From an uncultured Pelagibacteraceae bacterium (GTDB lineage Bacteria; Pseudomonadota; Alphaproteobacteria; Pelagibacterales; Pelagibacteraceae), in assembly GCA_902604035.1 (NCBI GenBank), contig CACKXG010000002.1:2281-66280 (forward strand): a stretch of 64,000 nt of DNA, in the 5' to 3' direction. Below are positions 51,287-63,038 of this stretch, piece by piece. Position 1 is the first letter of the stretch, and every line of letters starts with the position of its first letter. The notes under the pieces are model-generated. The model saw only the letters and a list, made by a program, of their open reading frames with translations. It searched no databases and was not told where the DNA came from. The position numbers were made by a program, and so were the translations under genes.

Positions 51287-51574
51287 ATGAGCATCGATCT
51301 TAAAACAATAAAGCACATATCTAAACTATCAAGAATTTCTGTAGATGAGAAAAAAGCAGAGAAACTTGCAGGAGATTTAAATTCTATTTTCGATTTTATT
51401 GAAAAACTTAACGAATTAAAAACTGACAATGTTGAACCATTAACTTCTGTTGCTGAAACAACTCTAAAACTAAGATCAGATGAAGTAAAAAGTAAAAACT
51501 TAAGAGATCAAGTAATAAAAAATTCTCCTAAGGAAAATGAAGATTATTTTGTAGTACCAAAGGTAATTGAATAA
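51287..51574 (+). CDS. gatC: Asp/Glu-tRNA amidotransferase subunit C
   Basis: LSRI, VEPL and FVVPKVIE motifs; start ATG 51287. Confidence 0.95.
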   Translation: MSIDLKTIKHISKLSRISVDEKKAEKLAGDLNSIFDFIEKLNELKTDNVEPLTSVAETTLKLRSDEVKSKNLRDQVIKNSPKENEDYFVVPKVIE

Positions 51575-53031
51575 TGTCAGATATAACTAAACAATCATTA
51601 TCTGAGTTAGCAGAAAATATAAAAAGTAAAAAACTTTCCTCAAGTGAAGTTACCAAAGCATTTGTTGAAAGATCAGAAAAATCAAAAGAATTAAATACAT
51701 ATATAACTGAAGATTACGCAAATGCTTTAAATAAATCAAAAAAGTTTGACGAAAAACCTAATCTTGACCTGAAATTGCCTGGTATTCCAATTGCTGTAAA
51801 AGATTTATTTTGTACAAGAGATTTAAGAACTACGGCAGGTAGTAAGATTTTAAATAACTTTGTTCCAACTTACGAGTCAACAGTCACACAAAACATTTGG
51901 AATGAAGGAGCTATCCTAATGGGTAAATTAAATTGTGATGAATTTGCAATGGGTTCATCTAATGAAACTAGTTTTTTTGGTAATGTACAAAACCCAATTG
52001 ATAAAAATTTAGTTCCAGGAGGATCCTCTGGTGGATCTTCTTCTGCTGTTGCAGCTCAATTAACACCAATAACTATTGGAACAGATACAGGTGGATCTAT
52101 AAGACAACCTGCTTCATTTACTGGAACTGTTGGATTAAAACCTACTTATGGTAGTTGCTCTAGATACGGAATTGTAGCATTTGCATCATCTCTAGATCAA
52201 GCTGGTCCAATGGCGCAAAATGTTAAAGATTGTGCATTGTTACAGGAAGTTATTAGCACTTATGATGAAAAAGATTCTACTTCAATAGATTTTAAAAGAA
52301 ACGAGTACAGCAAAGAATTAACAAAAGATATCAAAGGTAAAAAAATAGGAATACCCAAAGAATATAGAGTAGATGGCATGCCTAAAGAAATAGAAGACCT
52401 GTGGAAAAAAGGTATTGAATACGCAAAAGATTGTGGTGCTGAGATTATCGATATATCTCTACCTCATACTAATTATGCACTACCAACTTATTACATAGTA
52501 GCACCAGCAGAGGCCTCATCTAATTTGGCTAGATATGATGGTGTTAAATATGGTTTTAGAGCTGAAGGAGAAAATCTTATTGATATGTATGAAAAAACTA
52601 GATCTGAAGGATTTGGTGCTGAAGTTCAAAGAAGAATAATGATTGGAACTTATGTTTTATCCTCAGGATATTATGATGCTTATTATCTTAAAGCTCAAAA
52701 GGTAAGAAAACTTATTAAAAATGATTTTGATGAAGCTTATAAAAAAGTTGATGCAATTCTAACCCCATCAACTCCAAGTTCTGCGTTTAAAATTGGTGAA
52801 AAAACAAATGATCCGGTTTCAATGTATTTAAATGATATTTTTACTGTACCTGTAAATTTAGCAGGTTTACCTGGAATTTCTATACCTGCAGGCCATGATG
52901 CTAAAGGATATCCATTAGGATTACAGATAATTGGTAAAGCTTTTGATGAACAAAATATTTTAAACATTGCATATGCTATGGAAGAAAAAATTAATTTTAA
53001 AAACAATATTACTGATTGGTGGATTAAGTGA
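51574..53031 (+). CDS. gatA: Asp/Glu-tRNA amidotransferase subunit A
   Basis: Amidase signature GGSSGGS and [11 protein letters not shown]. Confidence 0.98.
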   Translation: MSDITKQSLSELAENIKSKKLSSSEVTKAFVERSEKSKELNTYITEDYANALNKSKKFDEKPNLDLKLPGIPIAVKDLFCTRDLRTTAGSKILNNFVPTYESTVTQNIWNEGAILMGKLNCDEFAMGSSNETSFFGNVQNPIDKNLVPGGSSGGSSSAVAAQLTPITIGTDTGGSIRQPASFTGTVGLKPTYGSCSRYGIVAFASSLDQAGPMAQNVKDCALLQEVISTYDEKDSTSIDFKRNEYSKELTKDIKGKKIGIPKEYRVDGMPKEIEDLWKKGIEYAKDCGAEIIDISLPHTNYALPTYYIVAPAEASSNLARYDGVKYGFRAEGENLIDMYEKTRSEGFGAEVQRRIMIGTYVLSSGYYDAYYLKAQKVRKLIKNDFDEAYKKVDAILTPSTPSSAFKIGEKTNDPVSMYLNDIFTVPVNLAGLPGISIPAGHDAKGYPLGLQIIGKAFDEQNILNIAYAMEEKINFKNNITDWWIK

Positions 53032-54491
53032 GTAAGAACAAATCCGAATATCTAATTAATAGACATGATAATCAATATGAAGTTGTCATTGGTTTAGAAG
53101 TTCATGCACAAGTTACATCGGAGTCAAAATTATTCTCAACGTCAGCGACCAAATTTGGAGCTAAGCCAAATACTCAAGTAAGTTTAGTTGATGCAGCATT
53201 TCCAGGAATGTTGCCGGTTATAAACGAGTATTGTGTAAAACAAGCTATCAAAACAGGAATTGGTTTAAAAGCTAAAATCAATAAGAGATCTGTCTTTGAT
53301 AGAAAAAATTATTTTTATGCTGACTTACCTCAGGGGTATCAAATCTCACAATTCAAAGATCCAATTGTAGGTGAGGGTAAAGTAATACTTGATATGCCAG
53401 ACGGTCAAAAAGAGGTAGGTATAGAAAGATTACACTTGGAGCAAGATGCAGGTAAAAGCATTCATGATTTAGATCCTAAAAATACCTTTGTAGATTTAAA
53501 TAGATCAGGTGTAGCATTGATGGAAATCGTAAGTAAGCCCGATCTAAGATCTCCAGATGAGGTCAATGCATATATTAAAAAATTAAGATCTATAATGAGA
53601 TATTTAGGAACCTGTGATGGAAACATGCAGGAAGGATCTTTGAGAGCCGATGTTAATGTATCTGTTAGAAAGAAAGGCTCAAAAGAGTTTGGAACTAGAT
53701 GTGAGATTAAAAATGTTAATTCAATTAAGTTCATGCAGATGGCAATTGAATACGAGGCTAATAGACAAGTTGATTTAATTGAGGATGGTCAAACGATTGA
53801 TCAAGAAACAAGACTTTTTGATACTAAAAAGAATGAGACTAGATCAATGAGATCAAAAGAAGATGCTCATGATTATAGATATTTTCCAGATCCAGACTTA
53901 TTGCCATTAGAAGTTTCAGATGATTTTATTGAGAACTTAAAATCTGAAATTCCAGAGCTACCAGATGAAAAGAAAAAAAGATTTATAGAAAAATTCAAAT
54001 TATCACCTTACGAAGCAAACATCTTAGTTTCCGATATTGAAACATCAAATTACTTTGAAAATGTAATTAAGAAATCGGATGTAAAACTTGCAACAAATTG
54101 GATAATAGGGGAATTATTTGCAGCATTAAATGAAAAAAATTTAGAAATAACAGAAAGCCCTATAAGCGCAGGCAACTTATCAAAATTGATTAATTTAATT
54201 AAAGACGGAACAATTTCTGGAAAAATTGCAAAAACAGTTTTTGAACAAATGATGGAAGGAGACAAAGATCCTAAGAAAATTGTTGAAGAAAAAGGTTTAA
54301 AACAAGAAAGCGATCCAAAAGCACTTGAGGCACTGATAGATAAGGTTATTGATGATAACAGAGACAAAGCTACCGAATACAAATCAGGTAAAGTTAAATT
54401 ATTTGGTTTTTTTGTAGGTCAAGTAATGAAAGTTTCTGGCGGAAAAGCAAATCCTCAATTAGTCAATGAGATTTTAAAGAAAAAACTTTAG
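53028..54491 (+). CDS. gatB: Asp/Glu-tRNA amidotransferase subunit B
   Basis: IGLEVHAQ and YRYFPDPDL motifs. Confidence 0.98.
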   Translation: MSKNKSEYLINRHDNQYEVVIGLEVHAQVTSESKLFSTSATKFGAKPNTQVSLVDAAFPGMLPVINEYCVKQAIKTGIGLKAKINKRSVFDRKNYFYADLPQGYQISQFKDPIVGEGKVILDMPDGQKEVGIERLHLEQDAGKSIHDLDPKNTFVDLNRSGVALMEIVSKPDLRSPDEVNAYIKKLRSIMRYLGTCDGNMQEGSLRADVNVSVRKKGSKEFGTRCEIKNVNSIKFMQMAIEYEANRQVDLIEDGQTIDQETRLFDTKKNETRSMRSKEDAHDYRYFPDPDLLPLEVSDDFIENLKSEIPELPDEKKKRFIEKFKLSPYEANILVSDIETSNYFENVIKKSDVKLATNWIIGELFAALNEKNLEITESPISAGNLSKLINLIKDGTISGKIAKTVFEQMMEGDKDPKKIVEEKGLKQESDPKALEALIDKVIDDNRDKATEYKSGKVKLFGFFVGQVMKVSGGKANPQLVNEILKKKL

Positions 54492-54496
54492 AATTT

Positions 54497-55147
54497 ATGG
54501 GTTCAGACCTAAATATAACTAAAGAACTCCAGGAGTATATTTTAAGTCATGGATATGACTTACATCCAGTCCAAAAAGAAATTATTGATTACAACACTTC
54601 TCTTGGGGATATCAAAAGAATGCAAATCTCAATTTCACAAAGTCAATTTCTGCATTTAATTATAAAAATTTCAAATATCAAAAAAATTTTAGAGATAGGT
54701 ACATTTACAGGATTAAGTACGTTATCTATGGCTTTGGCATTATCTGATGAAGGCAAAATAATTGCTTTAGATAAAAATGAAGAAACTAATAAAGTTGCAA
54801 TAGATTTTTTTAAAAAAGCTAATCAAGATCATAAAATAAAAACATTAATTAAACCTGCTTTAGAAAGTTTAGATGAAATTAAAAATGAAAAGTTTGATTT
54901 AGTTTTTATTGATGCTGATAAAATGAATTATATTGAATATTATGAGCGTTCTTTAAAATTATTGAACAAAAATGGTCTAATAATAATCGATAATGTTTTG
55001 TGGTATGGAGAAGTTGTTAATGAAAACAATACTGATAAATTTACTAAAAATATTAAAGAATTTAATGTTCACATTTCCAAGGATACAAGGGTCGAAAAAT
55101 TAATAATTCCTCTTGGAGATGGAATGACTGTTTGTAGAAAATTATAA
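54497..55147 (+). CDS. Class I SAM-dependent O-methyltransferase (Methyltransf_3; caffeoyl-CoA OMT/TrmR-like)
   Basis: LEIGTFTG, FIDADK, DNVLW and GDG motifs. Confidence 0.88.
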   Translation: MGSDLNITKELQEYILSHGYDLHPVQKEIIDYNTSLGDIKRMQISISQSQFLHLIIKISNIKKILEIGTFTGLSTLSMALALSDEGKIIALDKNEETNKVAIDFFKKANQDHKIKTLIKPALESLDEIKNEKFDLVFIDADKMNYIEYYERSLKLLNKNGLIIIDNVLWYGEVVNENNTDKFTKNIKEFNVHISKDTRVEKLIIPLGDGMTVCRKL

Positions 55148-56052
55148 TGCTTGAAGTAGTTGGTTTTTATAAATTTATTAAAATTTCTTATCTAAAGAAA
55201 AATCAAAAAATTTTATTAGAAACTTTAAAAAAGAAAAACATTAGAGGCACTATAATTATTTCTAAAGAAGGGGTAAATGGAACTATTTCTGGTAAAACTG
55301 CAGACATTAAATTCACTATTAATAATTTAAAAAAAACTCTTAAATTTAAAGAATTTAACAGCAGTAACTTTTCTAAAAGCTCATTCCAACCATTTCACAA
55401 ACCTAAAGTAAAAATTAAAAATGAAGTTGTTCCTATGAATTTAATTTTAAATAAGAGAATAAAGAAAAAAGATAGCCATGTAGATCCAATCAAATGGAAT
55501 AAGCTGATTAAAGAAAAGGATACTGTTCTTATAGATGCAAGAAAACCATTCGAGTACGATGTTGGAACATTTACGGGAGCAATCAATCCAGATGTTCATA
55601 ACTTTAGAGATTTTCCAAAATATCTAAAAAAATTAAAAAAAAATCAACCTATAGCTATGTTTTGTACAGGTGGAATTCGTTGTGAAAAAGCATCTGTATA
55701 TTTGGAGAACAAAGGTTTTAATAACATTTATCAGTTAAATGGTGGAATTTTAAATTATCTTAAAAAAACAAATAAGAAAAAAAGTTTATGGAAAGGTGAA
55801 TGCTTTGTTTTTGATAACAGAATTAGTTTAAAACATGGTCTAAAAGTTGGTTCTTACTCAATGTGTAGCGGTTGTAGAAAACCTATATCTCCTAAGGATA
55901 AAAAATCAAAAAAATATGAAGAGGGTGTTTCATGTCCAAATTGTCACGATAATCTAACAGATCATCAAAAATCAAGATTTAGAATGAGACAAAAACAAAT
56001 TAATCTTGCTAAAGAAGCAGGAAAAAGACATATCTTTCAAAAAGAGTATTAA
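55147..56052 (+). CDS. trhO: tRNA uridine(34) hydroxylase (UPF0176 rhodanese-domain protein)
   Basis: FYKF, EGVNGT, CTGGIRCEK, GGILNY and WKGECFVFD motifs; C-terminal Cys cluster. Confidence 0.9.
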   Translation: MLEVVGFYKFIKISYLKKNQKILLETLKKKNIRGTIIISKEGVNGTISGKTADIKFTINNLKKTLKFKEFNSSNFSKSSFQPFHKPKVKIKNEVVPMNLILNKRIKKKDSHVDPIKWNKLIKEKDTVLIDARKPFEYDVGTFTGAINPDVHNFRDFPKYLKKLKKNQPIAMFCTGGIRCEKASVYLENKGFNNIYQLNGGILNYLKKTNKKKSLWKGECFVFDNRISLKHGLKVGSYSMCSGCRKPISPKDKKSKKYEEGVSCPNCHDNLTDHQKSRFRMRQKQINLAKEAGKRHIFQKEY

Positions 56053-56066
56053 CAAATCTTAAATTA

Positions 56067-57404
56067 ATGAATTTATTAAAAGATGAAGTTTCGTTGTTAG
56101 TAAGAAAACTTGCTGTACCAGCAAGTGTAGGAACCTTATTCCAAACACTTTATACAATTGTAGATACTTTTTATGCAGGAAAAATATCACCAGAGGCCTT
56201 ATCTGCTTTGAGCAAGTCTTTTCCGATATATTTTTTGATTATTGCGACATCTATTGGAGTTACCGTAGCAGGAACATCATTGATTGGCAGCAGTATTGGA
56301 GAAAAAAACGAAAAAAATGTTTTAAGTTATTTTGGAAATGTAATCATTTATTCGATTATAATATCGGTAGTTGTATCTATTTTAGGATTTGCTTTTGGAG
56401 AAAAGATATTCTTATTAATGAATTCCTCTCAAGAAGTAACAATTCTTGGGCTCGAATATATAAATGTAATTTTTTTAGGTACGATATTATTTATTTTAGT
56501 AGTAGCATTAAATTCATTCTTACACGCAGAAGGAGATACTAAAACTTACAGAAATGTTCTAATATTTTCTTTTTTCTTAAACATTATTTTAAATCCAATT
56601 TTTATATTTGGTTTTTTATTTATACCACCATTAGGAATAACTGGTATTGGGATAGCAACTTTAATTGCTCAATTTGTATCTTTGTTGGTTATTCTGATAA
56701 AAATATTAAATAATCAAAGAATTAAACAAATAACTTTAGATAATTTCAAAGCTAAATTTTTTTTCTTAAAAAATATTTTTTTTCAATCAATGCCAATTAC
56801 AATTGCCATATTAGGATATTCTATTGCTGCAACAATTGTTTTTACATATGTTGGGATTTTTGGTGAATATGCTGTAGCAGGGTATGGATCTGCCACAAGA
56901 ATAGAGCAAGTAGTTTTGTTACCAATATTAGGAATCAATACAGCAATAATTTCTATAATAGCGCAAAATATTGGTGCAAAATATTACGATAGAGTGGAGC
57001 AATCCTATTTTACTTCAATAAAATACGGTCTAATTATAATGTTAATCGCTGGTGTAGTTATTTTTATAAGTGCTGACATTGTTCCTAAATTCTTTTCTTC
57101 AAACCCAGAGGTAATTATGCATGGCTCGATGTACCTTAAGATTTCTGCATTTATTTTACCTGCTTATCCAATATTTTTCTTATCAAATGGATTTTTTATG
57201 GCTTTAAAAAAATCTGAAAAAGCTATGGTTAATAACATTGCCAGAAATGTTATAGTGCCAGTTTTATCCTTTTACATTGCAAAGTATTTAAATGCAGATT
57301 TTAAAACTTTTTTTTATATTTGGGCTATCTTTCAATGGTTGATATCATTGATGTTACTATTTTATGTTAAATATTATATTAAACATAAATTAGCTAATAT
57401 TTAA
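56067..57404 (+). CDS. MATE family efflux transporter
   Basis: VDTFYAG, GDTKT, LNIILNPIFI and GIGIAT motifs; about 12 TM helices. Confidence 0.9.
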   Translation: MNLLKDEVSLLVRKLAVPASVGTLFQTLYTIVDTFYAGKISPEALSALSKSFPIYFLIIATSIGVTVAGTSLIGSSIGEKNEKNVLSYFGNVIIYSIIISVVVSILGFAFGEKIFLLMNSSQEVTILGLEYINVIFLGTILFILVVALNSFLHAEGDTKTYRNVLIFSFFLNIILNPIFIFGFLFIPPLGITGIGIATLIAQFVSLLVILIKILNNQRIKQITLDNFKAKFFFLKNIFFQSMPITIAILGYSIAATIVFTYVGIFGEYAVAGYGSATRIEQVVLLPILGINTAIISIIAQNIGAKYYDRVEQSYFTSIKYGLIIMLIAGVVIFISADIVPKFFSSNPEVIMHGSMYLKISAFILPAYPIFFLSNGFFMALKKSEKAMVNNIARNVIVPVLSFYIAKYLNADFKTFFYIWAIFQWLISLMLLFYVKYYIKHKLANI

Positions 57405-57416
57405 CATTTTTTAAAT

Positions 57417-57944
57417 ATGTTTTTTACAAAAAGGAAAGCAATAATTTTAATTATAATCTGTTCTATTTTTTTTATTCTCACATATAACGATGTTAGGTCT
57501 GAAGAGATTAAAGAAATTTCTGGAAATGCTCAAATTATTGATGGTGATACAATAAAAATAAATTCAAAAAAGATAAGATTGTATGGAATAGATGCACCTG
57601 AATTCAAGCAAATGTGTAAAAAACCATATTTAACAATAATTTTTTTTACTTTTACTAAAGATTATCCATGTGGAAAAATTTCAACTCAAAAATTACAAAA
57701 AAAAATAAATAACAAAGTAATAACTTGTAAAATTTTGGATATTGACAGATATAAAAGATTTATTGGAGAGTGCTATAAAAGAAATTTAAATCTAAATTCT
57801 TGGCTCGTTTCAAACGGTTATGCAGTAGCTTATAGAAAATACTCAAAAAAATACATATCAAACGAAATTAATGCTAAAAATGAAAAAAAAGGCCTTTGGC
57901 AAGGTAAATTTGAAATGCCATGGGACTATAGAAGAAAAAAATAA
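57417..57944 (+). CDS. Thermonuclease (SNase-like) with N-terminal membrane anchor
   Basis: IDGDT, IRLYGIDAPE, DRYKR and GLW motifs. Confidence 0.9.
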   Translation: MFFTKRKAIILIIICSIFFILTYNDVRSEEIKEISGNAQIIDGDTIKINSKKIRLYGIDAPEFKQMCKKPYLTIIFFTFTKDYPCGKISTQKLQKKINNKVITCKILDIDRYKRFIGECYKRNLNLNSWLVSNGYAVAYRKYSKKYISNEINAKNEKKGLWQGKFEMPWDYRRKK

Positions 57945-57946
57945 GT

Positions 57947-58510
57947 TTATAATCTTGAAGCACAGTCTTCAATCCAAGAAAAAAGATGTTCAGCAAAAGA
58001 TCTTCTAACAAACAGATTTACAATATTTTCATCTTTATGGTGCAGAATCACATCTACATAATTTAAAACTGTCTGAGTTGTTGATCCTTTCTTTTCTTTA
58101 AATTCATTAAAATTAAAGGGAGATCCTGCTGAAAAGATTTCATAGACATTTTCACCTTTAAGTTCTAATTGAACAAATTGATCTGATACATTGATAACTG
58201 CACCTAAATTTGTTTTTGAAATACTATCAAATAACATTTCATATAGATCGGATTTGTTAGTGTCTTTACTTGCCAGCTCATTTGAGATTATGATCCACTC
58301 GTCTGGACTTAGCCATATTGCTGTTAATTTATCACTTGTTGTTGAAGTGTTTGCTTCTGTAGGTAAGATCATATTAAGATTTTTACCAACATTTGTTAAA
58401 AATTCTCTTTTTTTACCTCTCAAATTAATTTTTATTAATGGAGAGATTTCCTTTACAGAAATACTTTCTTGATTAATTTCACGTTTAATAACTGAATTAT
58501 AGTTAAGCAT
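57947..58510 (-). CDS. soxG: Sarcosine oxidase gamma subunit
   Basis: WLSPDEW and VRRSFA motifs; operon position. Confidence 0.9.
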   Translation of the reverse strand: MLNYNSVIKREINQESISVKEISPLIKINLRGKKREFLTNVGKNLNMILPTEANTSTTSDKLTAIWLSPDEWIIISNELASKDTNKSDLYEMLFDSISKTNLGAVINVSDQFVQLELKGENVYEIFSAGSPFNFNEFKEKKGSTTQTVLNYVDVILHHKDENIVNLFVRRSFAEHLFSWIEDCASRL

Positions 58511-61508
58511 TTAACCTCTCATTTTTCTCATCATAAAAGACTGGATTTGCAACAGTGACATTAATATTTTTATTTTCCATCGGTACAAAAAGTTTTTTCC
58601 CCATCATACCTTTTCCACCTCTAACGACTGCAAGTGCTATTGATTTGTTTAGATTAGGACTGAAATAACTTGATGTTACATGTCCAAGCATTTCAACTGG
58701 ATTTTGATTTAACTCTGAAACTATTTGTGATCCTTCTTCTAAAACTATATTTGGATCATCTGTTAACAATCCTACTAATTGCTTTCTATCTTCTCTCATT
58801 GTATCAGATCTATAAAGAGATCTTTTACCTATGAAATCGTATTTCTTCTTACTTACTATCCAATCCATTTGAAGATCAATAGGGGTCATTGTTCCATCTG
58901 TATCTTGACCAACAATAATAAAACCTTTTTCTGCCCTTAATAAGTGCATTGTTTCAGTTCCATAAGGTGTAATGTCAAACTCTTGACCTGCCTCCATACA
59001 TTTTTCCCATAAATCTTTTCCATAACTTGCTTGAACATTGATTTCGTAGCTGTGTTCTCCAGTAAAACTAATTCTCATTATTCTGCATTGGATGTTACCG
59101 ATATGAGCCTCTTTGAATGACATATGAGGAAAGTTTTCATCTGATAAATCTAAATCAGGAATTATTTTTTTAAGAATTTTTTTACTATTAGGTCCGCATA
59201 AACTCGCTGTAGCGTAATGATCTGTTACAGAGGTTAAGTAAACATCAAGTTCAGGCCATTCTGTTTGTAGATAGTCTTCAAGTTTACCCAAAACATTTGC
59301 TGCTCCACCAGTTGTTGTGGTCATAATGTAATGATTTTCACCTAATCTTGTTGTTACTCCATCATCATAAACCATACCATCCTCATTTAGCATTAGCCCA
59401 TATCTACATTTTCCTATAGCTAATTTTGACCAAGCATTTGTATAAACTCTATTTAAGAATTCAGAAGCATCACTTCCTTGAATATCAATTTTACCAAGTG
59501 TAGAGGCATCCAGTATACCAGCGCTTTCTCTAGCAGCTTTACTTTCTCTTTGAACTGCTTGATGCATAGTTTCTCCGTTAATAGGGTAGTACCATGCTCT
59601 CTTCCATTGACCAACATTTTCAAATTCAGCTTTATTTTCAACATGCCAATCATTAATTGGCGTTCTTCTAAAAATATCAAAAAACTTTCCTACATTTCGA
59701 CCTACAATAGTTCCAAATGTTAAAGGTGTGTAAGGAGGTCTAAATGTAGTAGTTCCTAAGTCTCCCATTTTAACGCCGGCAGTATCTGCAATTATTCCTA
59801 ATGCATGCATATTTCCTAGTTTACCTTGATCAGTTCCCATACCGGTAGTCGTGTACCTTTTAACATGCTCAATAGATCTAAAACCTTCTCTTAATGCTAA
59901 TTTTATATCTTTAGCCGTTGCATCGTTTTGATAATCTACAAATGGTTTAGTTTTGCCTAAAGGTTTATCAGAAGGTAGTAACCAAATATTTCTTTTTGAA
60001 TTTTCCTGATCAATCTCAACTTTAATACTATCTAAATCTGTTTCATTAATATTTAGAGTATCTTTAAGTTTTTGATTTAAATTTTTAATGATTTCATCAA
60101 TTTTAAAATCTCCACCACAAGATCCTACACTTATTTGTTCAGATGTATTCTGATTTGGTAAGAAAATTTTTTTTTCTTCATCAAATTTAAGTTTGCTTCC
60201 TGATTGTGTATATAAATGTACAGCAGGTGTCCAGCCACCAGCAACTCCTAAGCAATCACACGAAATAGAAATTTTACTTCCAGTAACTGAAGTACCATCA
60301 TTTGATAGTTTCATTATTGAAATACTATTTAGTCTTTTATAACCAGTTGTATCAACAATCGAGTGTGACCAGTAAATTTTAATACCTGCTTCTTTTACTT
60401 TTTTAACAATTTTACTTTCTGATTGCTCTCTAATATCAATTATTGCTTTAACATTGATACCCTTGTTGTATAGTGACATAGCACTTTCATATGCACTATC
60501 ATTATTAGTAAAAAAGACATTTTTACTACCACACGCAACACCATAAAATTCACTGTATTTTTTTATCGCAGATGAAAGCATTATTCCTGGTCTATCATTA
60601 TTATTAAATATCAAAGGTCTTTCTAATGCACCTGTAGCTAAAATAACTTTCTTAGCTCTAATTTTAAGAAGTCTTTGTCTGATTTTATTTGTTTTATCTT
60701 TTGCCTCTAAATGATCAGTTAGATTTTCTCTAGCCAAAAGATAATTATATTGATGATAAGCAGCTACACTTGTTCTAGTTTTTATTTCAAGATTTTTAAT
60801 ATTTTTAAGTTCCTCTATTTCTTTTTTTAACCATTCAGAAGAAGTTTTATTATTAATTTTGTTAAATTCATTGTTTTCATAAACAGTTGAGCCACCAAGT
60901 TCATTTTTTTCATCAACTAATAACGTTTTAAAATTATTTTTAGCTGCATTTTTTGCTGCTAATATTCCTGATATACCTGCGCCTACAACCAATACATCAC
61001 AGTGAATATTTCGGTGGTCATAAATGTCAGGATCACTTGATGTTGGTGATTTCCCTAAACCGGCTGAGTGTCGTATGAAAAATTCATATTTCTCCCAAAA
61101 ACTAGCAGGCCACATAAATGTTTTGTAATAAAAACCTGCTGGAAAAAAAGGGGAGAGAAAATTGTTTATTCCACCAATATCAAAATCAACACTTGGCCAA
61201 CAATTTTGACTGGATGCCTCTAAGCCCTCGTAAATCTCTACTTCTGTTGCTCTAACATTTGGCTCTGTTCTGTTAGTATTAGGGTTTATTTGAACTATAG
61301 CATTTGGTTCTTCAGAACCAGAAGTCATAATTCCTCTTGGTCTATGATATTTAAAACTTCTTCCAACTAAATGAACGTCATTTGCAAGTAATGCTGAAGC
61401 TAAAGTATCGCCTTTAAATCCATGGTAAGTTTTGCCATTAAATTTAAAGGATATTCTATTAGTTTCATCAATATACTCACTAGATTTTACTCTTAGGTTT
61501 TTATTCAT
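58503..61508 (-). CDS. soxA: Sarcosine oxidase alpha subunit
   Basis: GDTLASALLAN, RSFKYHRPRG and KRYTTTGMGTDQGK motifs; GcvT-like C-terminus; start moved to 61508. Confidence 0.95.
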   Translation of the reverse strand: MNKNLRVKSSEYIDETNRISFKFNGKTYHGFKGDTLASALLANDVHLVGRSFKYHRPRGIMTSGSEEPNAIVQINPNTNRTEPNVRATEVEIYEGLEASSQNCWPSVDFDIGGINNFLSPFFPAGFYYKTFMWPASFWEKYEFFIRHSAGLGKSPTSSDPDIYDHRNIHCDVLVVGAGISGILAAKNAAKNNFKTLLVDEKNELGGSTVYENNEFNKINNKTSSEWLKKEIEELKNIKNLEIKTRTSVAAYHQYNYLLARENLTDHLEAKDKTNKIRQRLLKIRAKKVILATGALERPLIFNNNDRPGIMLSSAIKKYSEFYGVACGSKNVFFTNNDSAYESAMSLYNKGINVKAIIDIREQSESKIVKKVKEAGIKIYWSHSIVDTTGYKRLNSISIMKLSNDGTSVTGSKISISCDCLGVAGGWTPAVHLYTQSGSKLKFDEEKKIFLPNQNTSEQISVGSCGGDFKIDEIIKNLNQKLKDTLNINETDLDSIKVEIDQENSKRNIWLLPSDKPLGKTKPFVDYQNDATAKDIKLALREGFRSIEHVKRYTTTGMGTDQGKLGNMHALGIIADTAGVKMGDLGTTTFRPPYTPLTFGTIVGRNVGKFFDIFRRTPINDWHVENKAEFENVGQWKRAWYYPINGETMHQAVQRESKAARESAGILDASTLGKIDIQGSDASEFLNRVYTNAWSKLAIGKCRYGLMLNEDGMVYDDGVTTRLGENHYIMTTTTGGAANVLGKLEDYLQTEWPELDVYLTSVTDHYATASLCGPNSKKILKKIIPDLDLSDENFPHMSFKEAHIGNIQCRIMRISFTGEHSYEINVQASYGKDLWEKCMEAGQEFDITPYGTETMHLLRAEKGFIIVGQDTDGTMTPIDLQMDWIVSKKKYDFIGKRSLYRSDTMREDRKQLVGLLTDDPNIVLEEGSQIVSELNQNPVEMLGHVTSSYFSPNLNKSIALAVVRGGKGMMGKKLFVPMENKNINVTVANPVFYDEKNERLNA

Positions 61509-61509
61509 T

Positions 61510-61785
61510 TTATTGAGCAGGTGGTTTTTCACCCATTTTGTAAATTGCTTTTATTTCATCATTAGATGTATCTCTAACCATATTAAACCACTTACGACAA
61601 CCATGCGCATGGTTCCATCTTTCAAATTGAATACCTTTAATATTTTTTCTCATAAATAAATATTCTGCCCACTCATCATCACTTAATTCTGTTGGTTGCT
61701 TAGGTCTTTCGATATGAGCTTCGCCACCAGCCTTAAATTCTTGCTGATCTCTTTCTCCACAGTATGGACAGTTTATTAAAAACAT
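61510..61785 (-). CDS. soxD: Sarcosine oxidase delta subunit
   Basis: CPYCG and HAHGC Zn motifs. Confidence 0.95.
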   Translation of the reverse strand: MFLINCPYCGERDQQEFKAGGEAHIERPKQPTELSDDEWAEYLFMRKNIKGIQFERWNHAHGCRKWFNMVRDTSNDEIKAIYKMGEKPPAQ

Positions 61786-63038
61786 TAATGAGCAACCGCT
61801 GCAGCACCATGTTCATCAACAAGGTCACCGCTTACAAATCTATTTAAATTAAATGCAGCATTAAGTTTGTGAGGTTCATCGTTTGCAATAGTATGAGCAA
61901 ATAAATCTCCAGATCCAGGAGTTGCTTTAAATCCTCCAGTACCCCAACCACAATTAAAATATAGTCCTTTAATTGAAGTTTTGCTTAAAATTGGACTAGC
62001 GTCAGGACAAATATCTACTATTCCCCCCCATTGTCTTAACATTCTCATTCTACTGAAAATTGGATATAATTCTAAAATTGCATTTAATGTTCCTTCAACT
62101 ATTTGGTGACTTCCTTTTTGAGTATAAGAAACATAATCATCCGTTCCAGCACCAATAACCAATTCTCCTTTATCAGATTGACTAACATAAGCATGCACCG
62201 CGTTAGACATTACAACTGTATCAATAATTGGTTTTACAGGTTCAGAAACTAAAGCTTGTAAAGGTTTACTTTCAAGTGGAAGTTTTAGACCAGCCATATT
62301 AGCAATTACGCTAGAATGTCCAGCTGCAACTACACCAACTTTCTTAGTTTTTATAAATCCTTTTGTAGTTTCTATTCCTTCAACACTATCTCCATTTCTT
62401 TTAATTCCTTTAACTTCACAATTTTGAATAATATCAACACCCATTGCATCAGCTCCTCTTGCATATCCCCAAGCAACAGCATCATGTCTTGCTGTACCAG
62501 CTCTTCGTTGTAAAGTTCCTCCTAAAACAGGGTATCTAATATCTGGTGATGTGTTTATAATTGGACAAAATTTTTTAACTTCTTCAGTGCTTAAGTAGAC
62601 TGCATCAATTCCATTTAGTCTATTTGCATGTGTTCGTCTTTTTAAATCTCTAACATCTTGTAAATTATGTGCAAGGTTCATTACACCTCTTTGACTAAAC
62701 ATTACATTGTAGTTTAGTTCTTGAGATAGACCTTCCCAAATTTTTAATGCATGATCATATAATCCTGCACTAGCGTCCCATAAATAATTTGATCTAATAA
62801 TTGTAGTATTTCGTCCAGTATTTCCTCCACCAATCCAACCTTTCTCGACTACGGCAATATTATTCATATTGTGTTTTTTTGCTAAATAGTAGGCTGTTGC
62901 TAATCCATGACCACCACCACCAACAATAACTGCATCGTATTCTTTTTTAGGAGCAGGATCTTTCCACGCTCTTTGCCAATTTTCATGATATGAAAGAGCA
63001 TTTTTAATTAACGAAAATACCGAGTACTTATTTCTCAT
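61785..63038 (-). CDS. soxB: Sarcosine oxidase beta subunit
   Basis: [25 protein letters not shown] and GWGTGGFK motifs. Confidence 0.96.
   Translation of the reverse strand: MRNKYSVFSLIKNALSYHENWQRAWKDPAPKKEYDAVIVGGGGHGLATAYYLAKKHNMNNIAVVEKGWIGGGNTGRNTTIIRSNYLWDASAGLYDHALKIWEGLSQELNYNVMFSQRGVMNLAHNLQDVRDLKRRTHANRLNGIDAVYLSTEEVKKFCPIINTSPDIRYPVLGGTLQRRAGTARHDAVAWGYARGADAMGVDIIQNCEVKGIKRNGDSVEGIETTKGFIKTKKVGVVAAGHSSVIANMAGLKLPLESKPLQALVSEPVKPIIDTVVMSNAVHAYVSQSDKGELVIGAGTDDYVSYTQKGSHQIVEGTLNAILELYPIFSRMRMLRQWGGIVDICPDASPILSKTSIKGLYFNCGWGTGGFKATPGSGDLFAHTIANDEPHKLNAAFNLNRFVSGDLVDEHGAAAVAH

Noticed and set aside
54497-57944. Methyltransferase plus nuclease as a restriction or defence system
   Set aside because: The methyltransferase is an O-methyltransferase family member without DNA MTase motifs, and the nuclease is a membrane-anchored SNase separated from it by trhO and MATE
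10680-62513. Numerous short antisense or alternate-frame ORFs inside housekeeping genes
   Set aside because: Fully nested in well-supported genes, with no motifs or SD; typical codon-bias shadows
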